Shown: positions 1 to 12,441, counted from the first letter of the stretch. The stretch: 64,000 nucleotides of DNA from Macrostomum lignano (GCA_002269645.1 NIVC01002411.1:263-64262), one strand, 5' to 3'. The notes: a model not told the origin generated them from the letters alone. Numbers and translations: made by a program.

Positions 1-547
1 GAGAATCGCCAAAAACCATCCTTGAGAATCGCCCAAACCATCCTTGAGAATCGCCACAAACCATCCTTGAGAAGCCCCAAACCATCCTTGAGAATCGCCC
101 CAACCATCCTTGAGAATCGCCACAAACCATCCTTGAGAATCGCCACAAACCATCCTTGAGAATCGCCCAAACCATCCTTGAGAATCGCCCCAAACCATCC
201 TTGAGAATCGCCCCAAACCATCCTTGAGAATTCGCCCCAAACCATCCTTGAGAATCGCCACCAAACCATCCTTGAGAATCGCCACAAACCATCCTTGAGA
301 ATCGCCACAAACCATCCTTGAGAATCGCCACAAACCATCCTTGAGAATCGCCACAAACCATCCTTGAAATCGCCCAAACCATCCTTGAGAATCGCCCAAC
401 ACCTTGAGAATCGCCACCAAACCATCCTTGAGAATCGCCACCAAACCATCCTTGAGAATCGCCACAAACCATCCTTGAGAATCGCCACAAACCATCCTTG
501 AGAATCGCCAGCAAACCATCCTTGAGAATCGCCACAAACCATCCTTG
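1..547. repeat. 23-bp minisatellite (GAGAATCGCCACAAACCATCCTT)n, runs off the left edge
   Basis: Direct tandem repetition with 23-nt period and small indel variants. Confidence 0.95.
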
Positions 548-666
548 TTCTTTTTAAGTGTAAAATATGAAGCTGTAAACTTCCCATAATATAGCTCGCA
601 CCTGTAGGTTTAGACCTGCTTAATTACTACTATAGTAAACTATATCTTAGATAATAAGAAACTTTA

Positions 667-1085
667 AGGTGAGGATTTAGCGAGTGACTGAGAGTCAGAT
701 GAGGATTTAGCGAGTGACTGAGAGTCAGATGAGGATTTAGCGAGTGACTGAGAGTCAGGTGAGGATTGAGCGAGTGACTGAGAGTCAGGTGAGGATTTAG
801 CGAGTGACTGAGAGTCAGATGAGGATTTAGCGAGTGACTGAGAGTCAGATGAGGATTTAGCGAGTGACTGAGAGTCAGGTGAGGGTTTAGCGAGTGACTG
901 AGAGTCAGATGAGGTTTAGCGAGTGACTGAGAGTCAGGTGAGGGTTTAGCGAGTGACTGAGAGTCAGATAAGGATTTAGCGAGTGACTGAGAGTCAGGTG
1001 AGAATTGAGCGAGTGACTGAGAGTCAGGTGAGGATTAGCGAGTGACTGAGAGTCAGGTGAGAATTAAGCGAGTGACTGAGAGTCA
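667..1085. repeat. 30-bp minisatellite (GAGGATTTAGCGAGTGACTGAGAGTCAGAT)n just upstream of RABL3
   Basis: About 14 tandem 30-nt units, ending ~15 nt before the ATG at 1101. Confidence 0.95.
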
Positions 1086-1100
1086 AATGGAGCAAGTAGA

Positions 1101-1730
1101 ATGTCTGATCAATTTTCGAAAACCCCACAACCGCCGGCACAGGAAGACACGCTCCGTGTGAAAATTCTGGTGCTTGGCGACTCCGGCGTTGGCAAGTCCT
1201 CGCTTGTACACCTGCTGACCAATCACAGCGAGCTGACCAATCCAGCCTGGACTGTGGGCTGCTCACTGCAGGTCGGCCTGCACGAGTACAGGTCGGAGCT
1301 GACCGGCCAGGCTGAGCGGTTGTTCTTCCTGGAGTTCTGGGACATCGGCGGCTATCCGATGCACAAGAACAGCCGCGGCGTGTTCTACCACGGTGTACAC
1401 GGCATCCTGCTGGTGCACGACCTCACTAACAGGAAGACTGAGCTCAATCTCAGTCGCTGGCTGCACGAGAGCTGCCTTGGCGCTGACACTCCGCCAGTGC
1501 TGGTGATTGGCGCCAAGAGCGACCTGTGCAAAGCCGATGCGCTGGCCAAGCGGCCGAACGGTGGCGAAGCTGCCGCTCGGATTGGCTGTCCGGAGATCCT
1601 GCTCAGCTGCGTGGACACCAGATCGCTGAGCGCTGGCACCACCAATGCCGTCAAGCTGGACCGCTTCTATGATCAGGTCATCGAGTACAGGCTGCGGCCC
1701 AGGGCCTCCACTCCGCCTAGGGTTGGACAG
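1101..1730 (+). CDS. RABL3: Rab-like protein 3 small GTPase, exon 1
   Basis: VKILVLGDSGVGKSSLVHLL P-loop, WTVGCS, LEFWDIGG and GILLVHDLTNRK motifs match the RABL3 family. The GTPase domain ends at a CAG|GTGCGC donor (1731, phase 0). Confidence 0.88.
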
Positions 1731-1744
1731 GTGCGCAACTGGGT

Positions 1745-2095
1745 GTGCGATTCTGGAATGTCCGGCTATGGGATTATGGGATGTCCGGATATGGGACTCT
1801 GGGATGTCCGGTTATGGGATTCTCGGATGTCCGGCTATGGGACTCTGGGATGTCCAGAAAAGGGATTCTCGGATGTCCGGCTATGGACTCTGGGATGTCC
1901 AGCAATGGGATTCTGGGATGTCCGGCTATGGGATTCTGGGATGTCCGGATATGAGATGATGGGATGTCCTGTTATGGGATTCTGGGATGTGCAGATATGG
2001 CATTCTGGGTGTCCGGCTTTGGGATGTCCGGTGGGTCCGGCTTTGGGATGTCCGGCTATGGGATTCCGTCTATGGATTCTGGGATTTTCCGGATA
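1745..2095. repeat. ~23-bp intronic minisatellite (GGGATGTCCGGCTATGGGATTCT)n
   Basis: Degenerate tandem array inside the RABL3 intron (1731-2213). It explains the repetitive C-terminus of ORF 1101..2108. Confidence 0.9.
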
Positions 2096-2213
2096 TGGTC
2101 ATGCCTGATTATTGGATTCTGATGTCTGCTGATGTCACTGAAATGGCTATCGAGCAGTTCTGTCAACCCAGCTTGTGTCACAAATTCGTTCACTTTCGCA
2201 CTTTCACTTGCAG

Positions 2214-2264
2214 GCAATTTCTCGTCCCAACCGTCAACAGTCGAAATTGCTTCACGGCGAATAA
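2214..2264 (+). CDS. RABL3: RABL3 exon 2 (AISRPNRQQSKLLHGE*)
   Basis: Pyrimidine tract plus TTGCAG acceptor at 2212-2213. The phase-0 join gives a 226-aa protein whose end (KLLHGE) resembles the vertebrate RABL3 end (KSLHYD). Confidence 0.7.
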   Translation, partial: AISRPNRQQSKLLHGE

Positions 2265-2564
2265 ATCGTGCTCAAAATTGCTCACGCTCAGTCCTACAAT
2301 CTCGCTGTGCGATTGCGAAGTTTCAATTCATTATTGAAGTGTGTCAGTTGTGCTCGAACAAAAACTCTTTAAATATATAAACTTACTGGTCTTTCTGAGT
2401 TCTCTCGCAGCATAATTTGAATTAAGCTATAATTGAATACAATAACTACTTAAAGTAAATCTATTTTTTATTTTCATGTACGAGTACAGTTCGTGGTTCT
2501 TTCTGCGAGCTGATGAATGAAAATTGATTTATAAATGGAATTTAGAGTGCCATAGAAGCTTAGA

Positions 2565-3655
2565 AATGGAACATCATGGAAGCTAGAAATGGAACACCAT
2601 GGAAGCTAGAAATGGAACACCATGGAAGCTTGAGATAGAACATCATGGAATCATGGAAGCTTGAGATTGAACATCATGGAATCATGGAAGCTTGAGATGG
2701 AACATCATGGAATCATGGAAGCTTGAGATTGAACATCATGGAATCATGGAAGCTTGAGATTGAACATCATGGAATCATGGAAGCTTGAGATGGAACATCA
2801 TGGAATCATGGAAGCTTGAGATTGAACATCATGGAGGCTTGAGATGAAACACCATGGAAGCTTGAGATGGAACATCATGGAAGCTTGAGATGGAACATCA
2901 TGGAAGCTTGAGATTGAACATCATGGAATCATGGAAGCTTGAGATTGAACATCATGGAATCATGGAAGCTTGATATTGAACATCATGGAGGCTTGAGATG
3001 GAACACCATGGAAGCTTGAGATGGAACATCATGGAATCATGGAAGCTTGAGATTGAACATCATGGAGGCTTGAGATGGAACACCATGGAAGCTTGAGATG
3101 GAACATCATGGAATCATGGAAGCTTGAGATTGAACATCATGGAGGCTTGAGATGAAACACCATGGAAGCTTGAGATTGAACATCATGGAGGCTTGAGATG
3201 AAACACCATGGAAGCTTGAGATGGAACACCATGGAAGCTTGAGATGGAACATCATGGAAGCTTGAGATGGAACATCATGGAAGCTTGAGATGGAACATCA
3301 TGGAATCATGGAAGCTTGAGATTGAACATCATGGAATCATGGAAGCTTGAGATTGAACATCATGGAGGCTTGAGATGAACACCATGGAAGCTTGAGATGG
3401 AACATCATGGAATCATGGAAGCTTGAGATTGAACATCATGGAGGCTTGAGATGAAACACCATGGAAGCTTGAGATTGAACATCATGGAGGCTTGAGATGA
3501 AACACCATGGAAGCTTGAGATTGAACATCATGGAGGCTTGAGATGAAACACCATGGAAGCTTGAGATGGAACATCATGGAAGCTTGAGATGGAACATCAT
3601 GGAAGCTTGAGATGGAACATCATGGAAGCTTGAGATGGAACATCAGGGAAGCTAG
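2565..3655. repeat. 23/31-bp minisatellite (ATGGAAGCTTGAGATGGAACATC +/- ATGGAATC)n
   Basis: Direct tandem repetition with two unit lengths. Confidence 0.95.
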
Positions 3656-4204
3656 AAAAAAATCATGAAATATAGAAATGGAGAATTATAGAAAATAGAA
3701 ATAAAACATCATTTGAGACTGCTAAATTATCGACTCCCAAAAGGAGTTTCCCAACTTTAACTAGACTCTTGATTCTTTAACACGAAATATAGTGATCTAA
3801 GAGTTGGGAATGAAAAATATTCTTTCTCTTATTCATCAAGCAAAACCCACAAGTTCAGTACACAATAAATTGAGTGCTCAGCTCGTATCAGTCAATTTAA
3901 ATTTCTATAAAAGCATGGAAAAATTAAAACGTTCTCATCGACCTTTTGCCCACCTAGTCAGCCAAACCTTAAAAACCGGTATATATATTTTTATTGTTGG
4001 TTAAGCGGTGACCCAGTCAGAAAAAATATTCCAGGCCAAAAAATGATATAAATGTTCCGTGGCGAGAATGTGTGGAGAGTTCAGCAGAAAATGAACGCTA
4101 AAAAACAAATTTCTATGAATGAAATGAACTCTTAAACCTGGCAGAAAGATGAACAAAGTAAATTCTTAAAGACTGAGAAAAATGTCACTAGCACGGCACC
4201 GCGG

Positions 4205-5980
4205 TCAGTAGGCCGAGTTGGCCGGACTGCTATTGACGGCGTCAAACGCATCAAACAGCTGCTGCTGCTGCTGCTGCTGCTGCAGCCCCGCGCGGCCCGC
4301 CGGCTTTCCACCCTGAAGTCGAACGTCGCCCATGTCGCCGGGCGCGAACTGCTGCTGCTGCCTGCCAGCGCTGCTGGAGTACATGTGCTTCACCAGCTCG
4401 CGCTCGAAGCTGTTCAAGTCTTCGGAGCGCTCCTCGTCTTCGTGGTCGGCGGTTTCCGTCTTTTCGTTGCCGGCGTAGGGAGATCGAGACGACAGCAGCT
4501 GCTGGCGGTGCTGCTGAAACTGCTGATGCTGCTGCAGTTGCTGCTGTTGAAGCATCTGCTGCATCAGCTGAGGCGGCATCTCCTGGCCCGGCATGCCGGA
4601 CTCGTCAAAGTCGGTCATGATGTCGGAGCTGCCGGTAGGAGGCTGGGCGGCCGCCTGCTTCATCCGCGGCATGCCGCTGCTGCTGGCCTGGATGTAGCTG
4701 TTGAGCGAGGGCGGCTTGCTGAACCGGCTGCCGTTCTGCCGCACCCGCAGGAGGGCGCAGTCGTCGCCAACGCTGCGCAGCTCGGAGGCGGGCACGCGCC
4801 CAGCTCCTGTCAGATTGATGGTGCTGTCCTGCTCTTTCTCGTTGATGATGCTGATGTGAGTCTTGATGGCCAGCAGAGAGTCAGTTGGTAGGGCGACATT
4901 CTCCGGCAGGCAGCTGAAGATCTTCTGCAGATGCTCCACAGGCAGTCGCAGAAACGTTTTTCGCCACTTGGTGGCTGTGAGGGCTCGGCGAATGATGTCG
5001 GCCAGGGAGTTCATCGGGCCGTTTTTAACCTTGCAGTGCATGCGGTAGTACAGGCCCATCAGCAGTGCGATGGCGCAGTCCTGGTCCATGATCATGGGGT
5101 CCAGGCTCTGGATGCGGGCAACAAACCCGGCCTTGGTGTCGGGCGTCGGCTGCAGCTCAAGGAAGCAGCGGTTTTTGAACAGCGTCTCCAGCGCGCTGAT
5201 CAAGTTGTGCGACTTGCGACACTCCGGGTCCTCGTAGTACGCCACGCGGGCGATGCGGCGGAACAGGCTGATCTTCTGGCCGAACCCGTCATCGTCCAGC
5301 ACCTGCGGCTGCCAAATCTCCGGCCGAATGGTGATGAGGCTCTCGAGCAGGCTGCTGATATTGATGTTGAGCCGCGTCTTCATAGTCTCGGTGCCGTAGT
5401 GGAGAGTGTCGCGATATTTGAATACCTTTTGGCTGGCCTTGCTCTCATAGTGCAGCTCGAATGGCCGGCTGATGTCCAACGTCAGCGCCTGTCCGTGCTT
5501 CATGAACGGCGGCGCCACGCTGCTCAGGGAGCTGATGGCCTCGTAAAACTCCCGCCTGATGGCGACGCACACGGGCAGGATCTCGACAATGTCGCCGCCG
5601 GCAACGCCTCGGCTGAATACGTCTGTGGCGAAGCTCTTCTGGTGCCCATGGTTGACTCCGCTGCGCAGGATGATCTCCACCGACTTCTCCTCCTTGAGGT
5701 AGATGGCCAGACTCAGCGGGTTGAGGTACAGCACGGCGTTGCGGTGAAACATGGACTGAGAGTCGCGCGAGTCGTTCCCGATGAGGTCTGGCTGGTCGGC
5801 GATCTGGAAGATCTGCTGGAACAGCTCGGGCCTCTCCCTCACCATGGTGGTGAGACGGTGGTGCGACCTGCCACGGATCATGTTGATCATCCATTTCGTG
5901 TACGGGTGATGGCTGCGTAGGAACGGTGGTATGTTCAGGTGCGAGTTGGGGAACTGCGGCGGCAGCGGGCAGCTGGTCAT
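4205..5980 (-). CDS. Intronless 591-aa protein of unknown function; ankyrin-like N-terminal helices, possible SOCS-box-like segment, Q-rich low-complexity tail
   Basis: Uninterrupted ORF with strong GC3 bias. NPLSLAIYLKEEKSVEIILRSG and LPVCVAIRREFYEAISSL resemble ankyrin repeats. Poly-Q tracts near the C-terminus. Confidence 0.8.
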   Translation of the reverse strand: MTSCPLPPQFPNSHLNIPPFLRSHHPYTKWMINMIRGRSHHRLTTMVRERPELFQQIFQIADQPDLIGNDSRDSQSMFHRNAVLYLNPLSLAIYLKEEKSVEIILRSGVNHGHQKSFATDVFSRGVAGGDIVEILPVCVAIRREFYEAISSLSSVAPPFMKHGQALTLDISRPFELHYESKASQKVFKYRDTLHYGTETMKTRLNINISSLLESLITIRPEIWQPQVLDDDGFGQKISLFRRIARVAYYEDPECRKSHNLISALETLFKNRCFLELQPTPDTKAGFVARIQSLDPMIMDQDCAIALLMGLYYRMHCKVKNGPMNSLADIIRRALTATKWRKTFLRLPVEHLQKIFSCLPENVALPTDSLLAIKTHISIINEKEQDSTINLTGAGRVPASELRSVGDDCALLRVRQNGSRFSKPPSLNSYIQASSSGMPRMKQAAAQPPTGSSDIMTDFDESGMPGQEMPPQLMQQMLQQQQLQQHQQFQQHRQQLLSSRSPYAGNEKTETADHEDEERSEDLNSFERELVKHMYSSSAGRQQQQFAPGDMGDVRLQGGKPAGRAGLQQQQQQQQLFDAFDAVNSSPANSAY

Positions 5981-6299
5981 CGTTTCTGATCGGCGGAATG
6001 CAACTTGGCAGTACTGCGGTTTGCAACCTGCTAATTGAAATTATTTTAATTATAAATAAAAGATCAAAATTAAATGGCTGCATTGTTTAAACAGCTGCTG
6101 ACCATAGATGCAGAAACCGGGTACAGTGCAGCAGCCTCGTGTGCTACGCTTGGGCAATGCGTTTAAGCCATAGAATTAAGCTCATTTACATTTATATATG
6201 TTCTGCTAGTATAAATAGCGACGACTCGTCACTGCGGGGAGAAATATTTCAATGCTATTTGATACCCGTCACTGGGTTCGACTCCGGATGCTGTCACGT

Positions 6300-6623
6300 T
6301 AACTAACTAACTAACTAACTGACTGACTGACTAACTAACTGACTAACTAACTAACTAACTGACTGACTGACTATTAGTGACTAACTAACTGACTAACTAA
6401 CTAACTAACTAACTAACTGACTGACTAACTAACTGACTAACTAACTAACTAACTAACTAACTGAATAACTAACTAACTAACTAACTAACTGACTAACTAA
6501 CTAACTAACTGACTAACTAACTAACTAACTAACTAACTGACTGACTAACTAACTGACTAACTAACTAACTAACTAACTGACTAACTAACTAACTGACTAA
6601 CTAACTAACTAACTAACTAACTG

Positions 6624-6657
<34 letters not shown>

Positions 6658-6701
6658 GAACTAACTAACTAACTAACTAACGAACTAACTAACTAACTAA
6701 C
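6300..6701. repeat. (TAAC)n microsatellite with TGAC variants
   Basis: About 100 tetranucleotide units. Confidence 0.97.
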
Positions 6702-7087
6702 TTAAGTATCAGCCATTGATTTAAATAAGGTGCTACCTAAAGCTCATTCAAAGTGAACTCTCAAAAAATCAAATAACAGTTGTATAAAATCCATTCACAT
6801 AGCATTTTTTAATGAGCTGGGCGAAAGCACAGCGACTCAACGAGTCACAGACAAAGTTGAAATTTGGAATATCTTATGCTAAATTTATTGTTTATTTTAC
6901 AGAACCAATTAGCTTTACAATTACTGGAATGCGAAATTTTACCGCTAAGCCAGCAAAAATAGCTTTTGCAAATTCATGGTCTACTACAATTAATCACCAT
7001 AAACTCTGGGCACCTAATTTTGGCCGTAAACTGTGAAATTCAGTGATGTGAGGTGTTAAAAAACTTGTCAACATCGTGCCAAAGGCT

Positions 7088-8007
7088 GGACTAGATATGG
7101 TACTGTCAAGCCAGATATGGAACTGGGAAGCTAGATATGGAACTGTCAAGCCAGATATGGAACTGGGAAGCTAGATATGGAACTGGGAAGCTAGATATGG
7201 GACTGGGAAGCTAGATATGGAACTGGGAAGCTAAATATGGAACTGGGAAGCTAGATATGGAACTGGGAAGCTAGATATGGTACTGTCAAGCCAGATATGG
7301 AACTGGGAAGCTAGATATGGAACTGTCAAGCCAGATATGGAACTGGGAAGCTAGATATGGAACTGGGAAGCTAGATATGGGACTGGGAAGCTAGATATGG
7401 AACTGGGAAGCTAAATATGGAACTGGGAAGCTAGATATGGAACTGGGAAGCTAGATATGGAACTGGGAAGCTAAATATGGAACTGGGAAGCTAGATATGG
7501 GACTGGGAAGCTAGATATGGAACTGGGAAGCTAGATATGGAACTGGGAAGCTAGATATGGAACTGGGAAGCTATATATGGAACTGGGAAGCTAGATATGG
7601 AACTGGGAAGCTAGATATGGAACTGGGAAGCTAGCTATGGAACTGGGAAGCTAGATATGGAACTGGGAAGCTTGATATGGAACTGGGAAGCTAGATATGG
7701 AACTGGGAAGCTAGATATGGAACTGGGAAGCTAGATATGGAACTGGGAAGCTAGATATGGAACTGGGAAGCTAGATATGGAACTGGGAAGCTAGATATGG
7801 AACTGGGAAGCTAGATATGGGACTGGGAAGCTAGATATGGAACTGGGAAGCTAGATATGGAACTGGGAAGCTATATATGGAACTGGGAAGCTAGATATGG
7901 AACTGGGAAGCTATATATGGAACTGGGAAGCTAGATATGGAACTGGGAAGCTAGATATGGAACTGGGAAGCTAGATATGGAACTGGGAAGCTAGATATGG
8001 AACTGGG
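7088..8007. repeat. 20-bp minisatellite (GCTAGATATGGAACTGGGAA)n
   Basis: About 46 near-identical units; variant block at ~7091 recurs at ~7271 (180-bp spacing). Confidence 0.97.
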
Positions 8008-8103
8008 AGGCTATAAGTGAAGCAAGGCAAGTTTACCCACACTAGAATGTCACACTGAGACGCACGAAGAGCATTCTTAAAATCAGCAAGCAAACATGCA
8101 AGG

Positions 8104-8662
8104 TTAGACATCGGCGCTGAGCAGAGCGGACTCAAGCACCCGCTGCCTGCCGGGATGAATGGTGACCCATCGGGGCTCCAGCGGGTCGGCAGAATAGCCG
8201 TACACCACCAAGGAGCCACGGCAGACGGCCACAATCTCGCGCATGCAGTCCTCGTTGATCAGATCGGAGACCAGCAGGCGAAGGATTCGCAGAGCCGGCG
8301 CGAACACCCGACTGCGGCGCGGCAGCTCCAGCTCTTCGAAGTCTTCGTCTCCGCCGCTGGACTCGCCGTCGTCGTCTGAGTCGTCGTTGTCGTTGCCGAC
8401 GTAGGAGGAGTTCCCGTCCGGCGACCGTTCGCCACCGGCGCCACCGCAGGCGGCGGCAGCGACGGAGGCTCGTCGGCGCCATCTGGCTGCCCGCTCGGCC
8501 AGCCGCAGTCGCAGCAGGGCGAGAGTCCGGCGCCACGATGGCAGGTCGTGAATGATGGGCAGGAATGGCCGGCTGGTGATCTGCTTCAGGCCGCTGAAGT
8601 CCGCCTCCTGCAAGCTCGGACAGGCGGCCAGCACGGAGGAGACGCCGCGGTCTGTGACGAAC
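8104..8662 (-). CDS. LRR (FBXL/AMN1-type cysteine-containing LRR) protein, exon 3 (last)
   Basis: CGCAG acceptor at 8664-8663. Phase-2 join NP|FVTDRGVSSVLAACPSLQEADFSG continues the LRR of exon 2. TAA at 8104-8106. Confidence 0.8.
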
Positions 8663-9279
8663 CTGCGAGCGGGACGCGTTTTCTTAGAAACGGGATGGTC
8701 TACAGACATCTATGCAGCTTTCTAGTGTCCATAGATCTAAACGGCAGTATCTAGTGTCTATAGATCTAAATGGTGGTATCTAGTGTCTATAGATCTAAAC
8801 GGCAGTATCTAGTGTCTATAGATCTAAATGGTGGTATCTAGTGTCTATAGATCTAAACGGCAGTATCTAGTGTCTATAGATCTAAACAGCAGTATCTAGT
8901 GTCTATAGATCTAAACAGCAGTATCTAGTGTCTATAGATCTAAATGAGAGTATCTAGGGTCTATAGATCTAAATGAGAGTATCTAGGGTCTATAGATCTA
9001 AATGGTGGTATCTAGTGTCTATAGATCTAAATGGTGGTATCTAGTGTCTATAGATCTAAATGGTGGTATCTAGTGTCTATAGATCTAAATGGTGTTATCT
9101 AGTGTCTATAGATCTAAATGGTGGTATCTAGGGTCTATAAATCTAAATGAGGGTATCTAGTGTCTATAGATGTAAATAGTGGTATCTAGTGTCTATAGAT
9201 CTAGCTCGTAAATGAGAGTATCCAGTGTCTATAGATCTGTGAAGTGTACACTGCTTGCCTAACGGAGTGTACATCTTAA

Positions 9280-10512
9280 CAGTAGAAAGACCATAGGGGG
9301 TGTATTTCAAATACACACTTTTCCTTTGTCTGGATCTCCGAAAATATTCAACCAATTGCCATCAAAATCCAGAACACGGGCTAAAATTTTCCGCTCTATT
9401 CGATGAAGCAACTTCGAGAATCACGAAAAATCGGCATCGTCGAGATATTCAACGATTTCCTCGGGGTGTCCGGTGGCAAAAACCACCAACATTGGAAAAT
9501 TTTTTCTGCTAGCAAAATCTCACCATGAAACCACGTCGGCTCAACAAACTATGCATATCAGGCGCAGGGACCTTCTCTCTCGGCATCCCAGGCAACAGGG
9601 TCCCCCCCATCACCGTCTGGAGCATCGGCGGCGACCGTCGGGACCTTCAACAAAAGCACCCGATCGGCATCTCAGAGACAGCTGCGCTCCCAAAACTGAA
9701 ATGAAAGAATCCACGTCTGCATGCAGCATTCAGTCAGTAGTCAGCCTTGATAGAAAAATCACGATGTTGGCGGTGTCAGCTCGTCGGGGCCGCAAGGTGC
9801 ACTCCGTTGAAGGTCCCGAAGGTCGTCCAGACAGAGCTGAATGCTGAACATGGTACAAAAGCACTGTATAATACGCAGACATGTCTGGTTTGGTGCCTTG
9901 ATAAAAAATCACGATTTTGGGGTGTCAGTTCGTCAGGGCCGCAAGGTGCACTCCGTTGAAGGTCCCGAAGGTCGCCTGTATGTCTACAGGTCAGCCTAGA
10001 GGGTCGCCATCGTCCATTTCATTCACCGATTGTGACTACTGACTGAATTCTGCATGCAGACGTGGATTCTTCCATTTCAGTTTTGGGAACACAGCCGTCT
10101 CTGCGATGCCGATCGGGTGCTTTTGTGGAAGGTCCCGACGGTCGCCGTCGATGCTCCAGACGGTGATGAAGGGGACCCTGTTGCCTGGGATGCTGAGAAA
10201 AAAGGCCTCTACGACAGATGGACCCAGATTATTGAGCCAATATGGATTCACCATAAAGGTTTATACAGTGTAGTGTTGGTTGTCCTTGCCACCAGTGTCC
10301 TCGACAAGAATCGTTGAATATCTCGACGATGCTGACGTCGGATGACTTTGAAAGTTAATTCGTTGGAAAGGGGGGGAATTTTGATCCATGCGGTGGACTT
10401 TTACGAAAATCGGTAATTCGGTTTGCGAGCTATCGTGAAATGGGTCGTGTGTATTTGAAATACACCCCCGTGGTCTTTCCCTATGGGGAAAAATAGCGTG
10501 GTCTTTATTCTG
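9280..10512. mobile_element. 1.23-kb non-autonomous foldback DNA element flanked by TTAA
   Basis: TTAA at 9276-9279 and 10513-10516. Ends CAGTAGAAAGACCA / TGGTCTTTATTCTG. Inverted GGGGGTGTATTTCAAATACAC motifs near both ends. A ~170-bp highly similar inverted segment (~9578-9744 vs ~10033-10200). No transposase. Confidence 0.8.
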
Positions 10513-10764
10513 TTAAATGTCAGCATTTAGTGTCTAGATTTAAACGGTAGTATTCAGTCTCTATAGATCTAGACTGTGGAGACTTCTAGTGTGCATAGAT
10601 CAAAATTGTAGTGTCTAGTGTCTATAGATCTAAATGGTAGTAGCTTGTTTCAATAGATCTAAATGAGAGTATCCAGTGTCTATAGAACTAAATGGCAGTA
10701 TTTAGTGTCTATAGATCTAAATGGCAGTATCCAGTGCCTATAGATCTAAATGAGAGTATCCTGT

Positions 10765-12441
10765 TTACCAGCAGACTACGCTGGAACATACGTCCTCTGC
10801 AGCTCTACGGCAGAGATATTGCCTTCGCGCACCAGACCAGATGTCTCGGGGTCACACTTGACCACCGGCTCAACTGGTCCTTCCACGTGAAAGCAAAAGC
10901 CAAGCGTGCCTCAGCCATCCTGGCCCAGCTCCGACGAGCACTTGGCACTTCTTGGGGTCTATCCCCAAAGCGGCTTTGGTGGATCTATACTTCCGTAGTT
11001 AGACCTGCCATTACGTACGCCTCTGTTGTCTGGGTTAGCGCTACCCAGGTCAAAAGCCATGCAGACCTGCTCAACACGATCCAAGGCAGAGCGTGTAGGC
11101 TTATCTGCAACGCCACCAGGTCCACGCCCTTTGCTGGCATGGGGGCCTTCCTTAATCTACCGCCTCTTGACCTCTTCGTCAGGGGTGAGGCGGCTAGATC
11201 GACGCGGCGTCTAATTGATGCTGGCGTCAAATTCATTCACATGAGAGCACCTGCTAAGCGGAACCTTGTCCCGCATAGCGATCTGTGCCTCAACTTTCTC
11301 AACGAGTGTCAGGCCAATCGCGTCTTCACCGATGGCATTGCCTCAACGCTCAACCTGAGACAGCGCTACTCCGTAGCTATCGACTCGCGCGATAACATCA
11401 ATGACCAATGGAACCTTGGTGAGCTTCATTGCTACACCGACGGTTCTAAGCAGTCAGCCAACACCGGCTTTGGTGTTGGAATCTTTCTGAACGGGAGGGT
11501 CATCGCTACCCACGCTCAATACACTGGGGTCAACTCCAGTGTTTTCGAAAATGAAGTTCTGGCCATCAGCTCCTGCACTGCAGAGCTTCTCGCCACTGGC
11601 GTTATTGGCAAGAACATCATTTTCCATTCGGACAGCCAAGCTGCCTTGCACGCCATCAGTGGCTGCAGCACCAACTCTGCTACAGTCCTCGACTGTATCA
11701 AACTTCTTAACGTGTTGGGTTCCGCCAACAAAATTACCCTTAAGTGGGTTCCGGGGCATGTGGGGATCCGAGGAAATGAGCTGGCTGACACCCTTGCAAA
11801 AGTTGGTGCCTCCGGCTCCTCTCTCGGCCCCGAACCTCTTGTCCCGATTCCTGGCTGTGTCATCGACTCGCGCATCAAAGCGTGGATCAGGACTCAGCAC
11901 CGCTCGACTTGGGCGAACCGCACGAACTGCAGGCAATCCAGAGGCGCTGTCCCTCAGCCCTCTCACCAGCTCCGGAAGCTCCTCTTGCGCCTCTCGCGCA
12001 GAGACATCCGGGCTGCCACCATGACCCTCTCTGGTCACGGCTGCTTCTCCAGGCACCAGTACCTGCAGGGCAACGCCACCAACGCCACCTGTAGTTTCTG
12101 CAACTCAGGTGACGAAACCGCTGAGCATTTCGTCAGCATCTGTCCCGCCTTCACGCGGGCCAGACTCACTTACCTCGGGCCACACACATCTATTACTGAA
12201 GCGTGCAAACCCGAAAACTTTAATCAGCTCATGCGCTACCTTCGGGCCACCCGCAGGGCTGAACTCTCCTTTCCAGAGAGCACTATAGCTGCTGGCGACA
12301 CTGGGGGACCTCCCTGGGCGGCGCCAACCCTCCGTCCATAGCGACGCGTCGGCCGTTCAGGGATTTGCGGAATGGGCGCCCGCGCCTTCCCGCTGTGTCC
12401 CCTCCGGGACAGCCCTGCAGCTAAGTCAAGTAAGTCAAGTC
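10765..12441 (+). mobile_element. 5'-truncated non-LTR retrotransposon (LOA/Lian-like, I/R1 group): RT C-terminus, RNase H, CCHC finger
   Basis: CLGVTLD and WGLSPKRLWWIYTSVVRPAITY (RT thumb); YTDGS...E...SDSQAAL...KWVPGHVGIRGNELAD (RNase H); LSGHG and CSFC...ETAEH...CP (zinc finger). TSD ATCCTGT at 10758-10764 and 12442-12448; (TAAGTCAAG)2 tail. Confidence 0.92.

Noticed and set aside
1731-2108. C-terminal extension of the 335-aa RABL3 ORF
   Set aside because: Read-through into an intronic 23-bp array; a good donor/acceptor pair gives a normal-length RABL3.
4385-5920. Antisense ORFs 4385..4891 and 4931..5920 (also 13720..14481, 15758..16444, 20173..20547)
   Set aside because: Shadow ORFs expected opposite GC3-rich coding sequence; no recognisable domains.
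10692-10764. ATG-initiated 549-aa fusion ORF
   Set aside because: The first 24 codons are minisatellite sequence upstream of the TSD; the in-frame fusion to the truncated LINE is probably chance.
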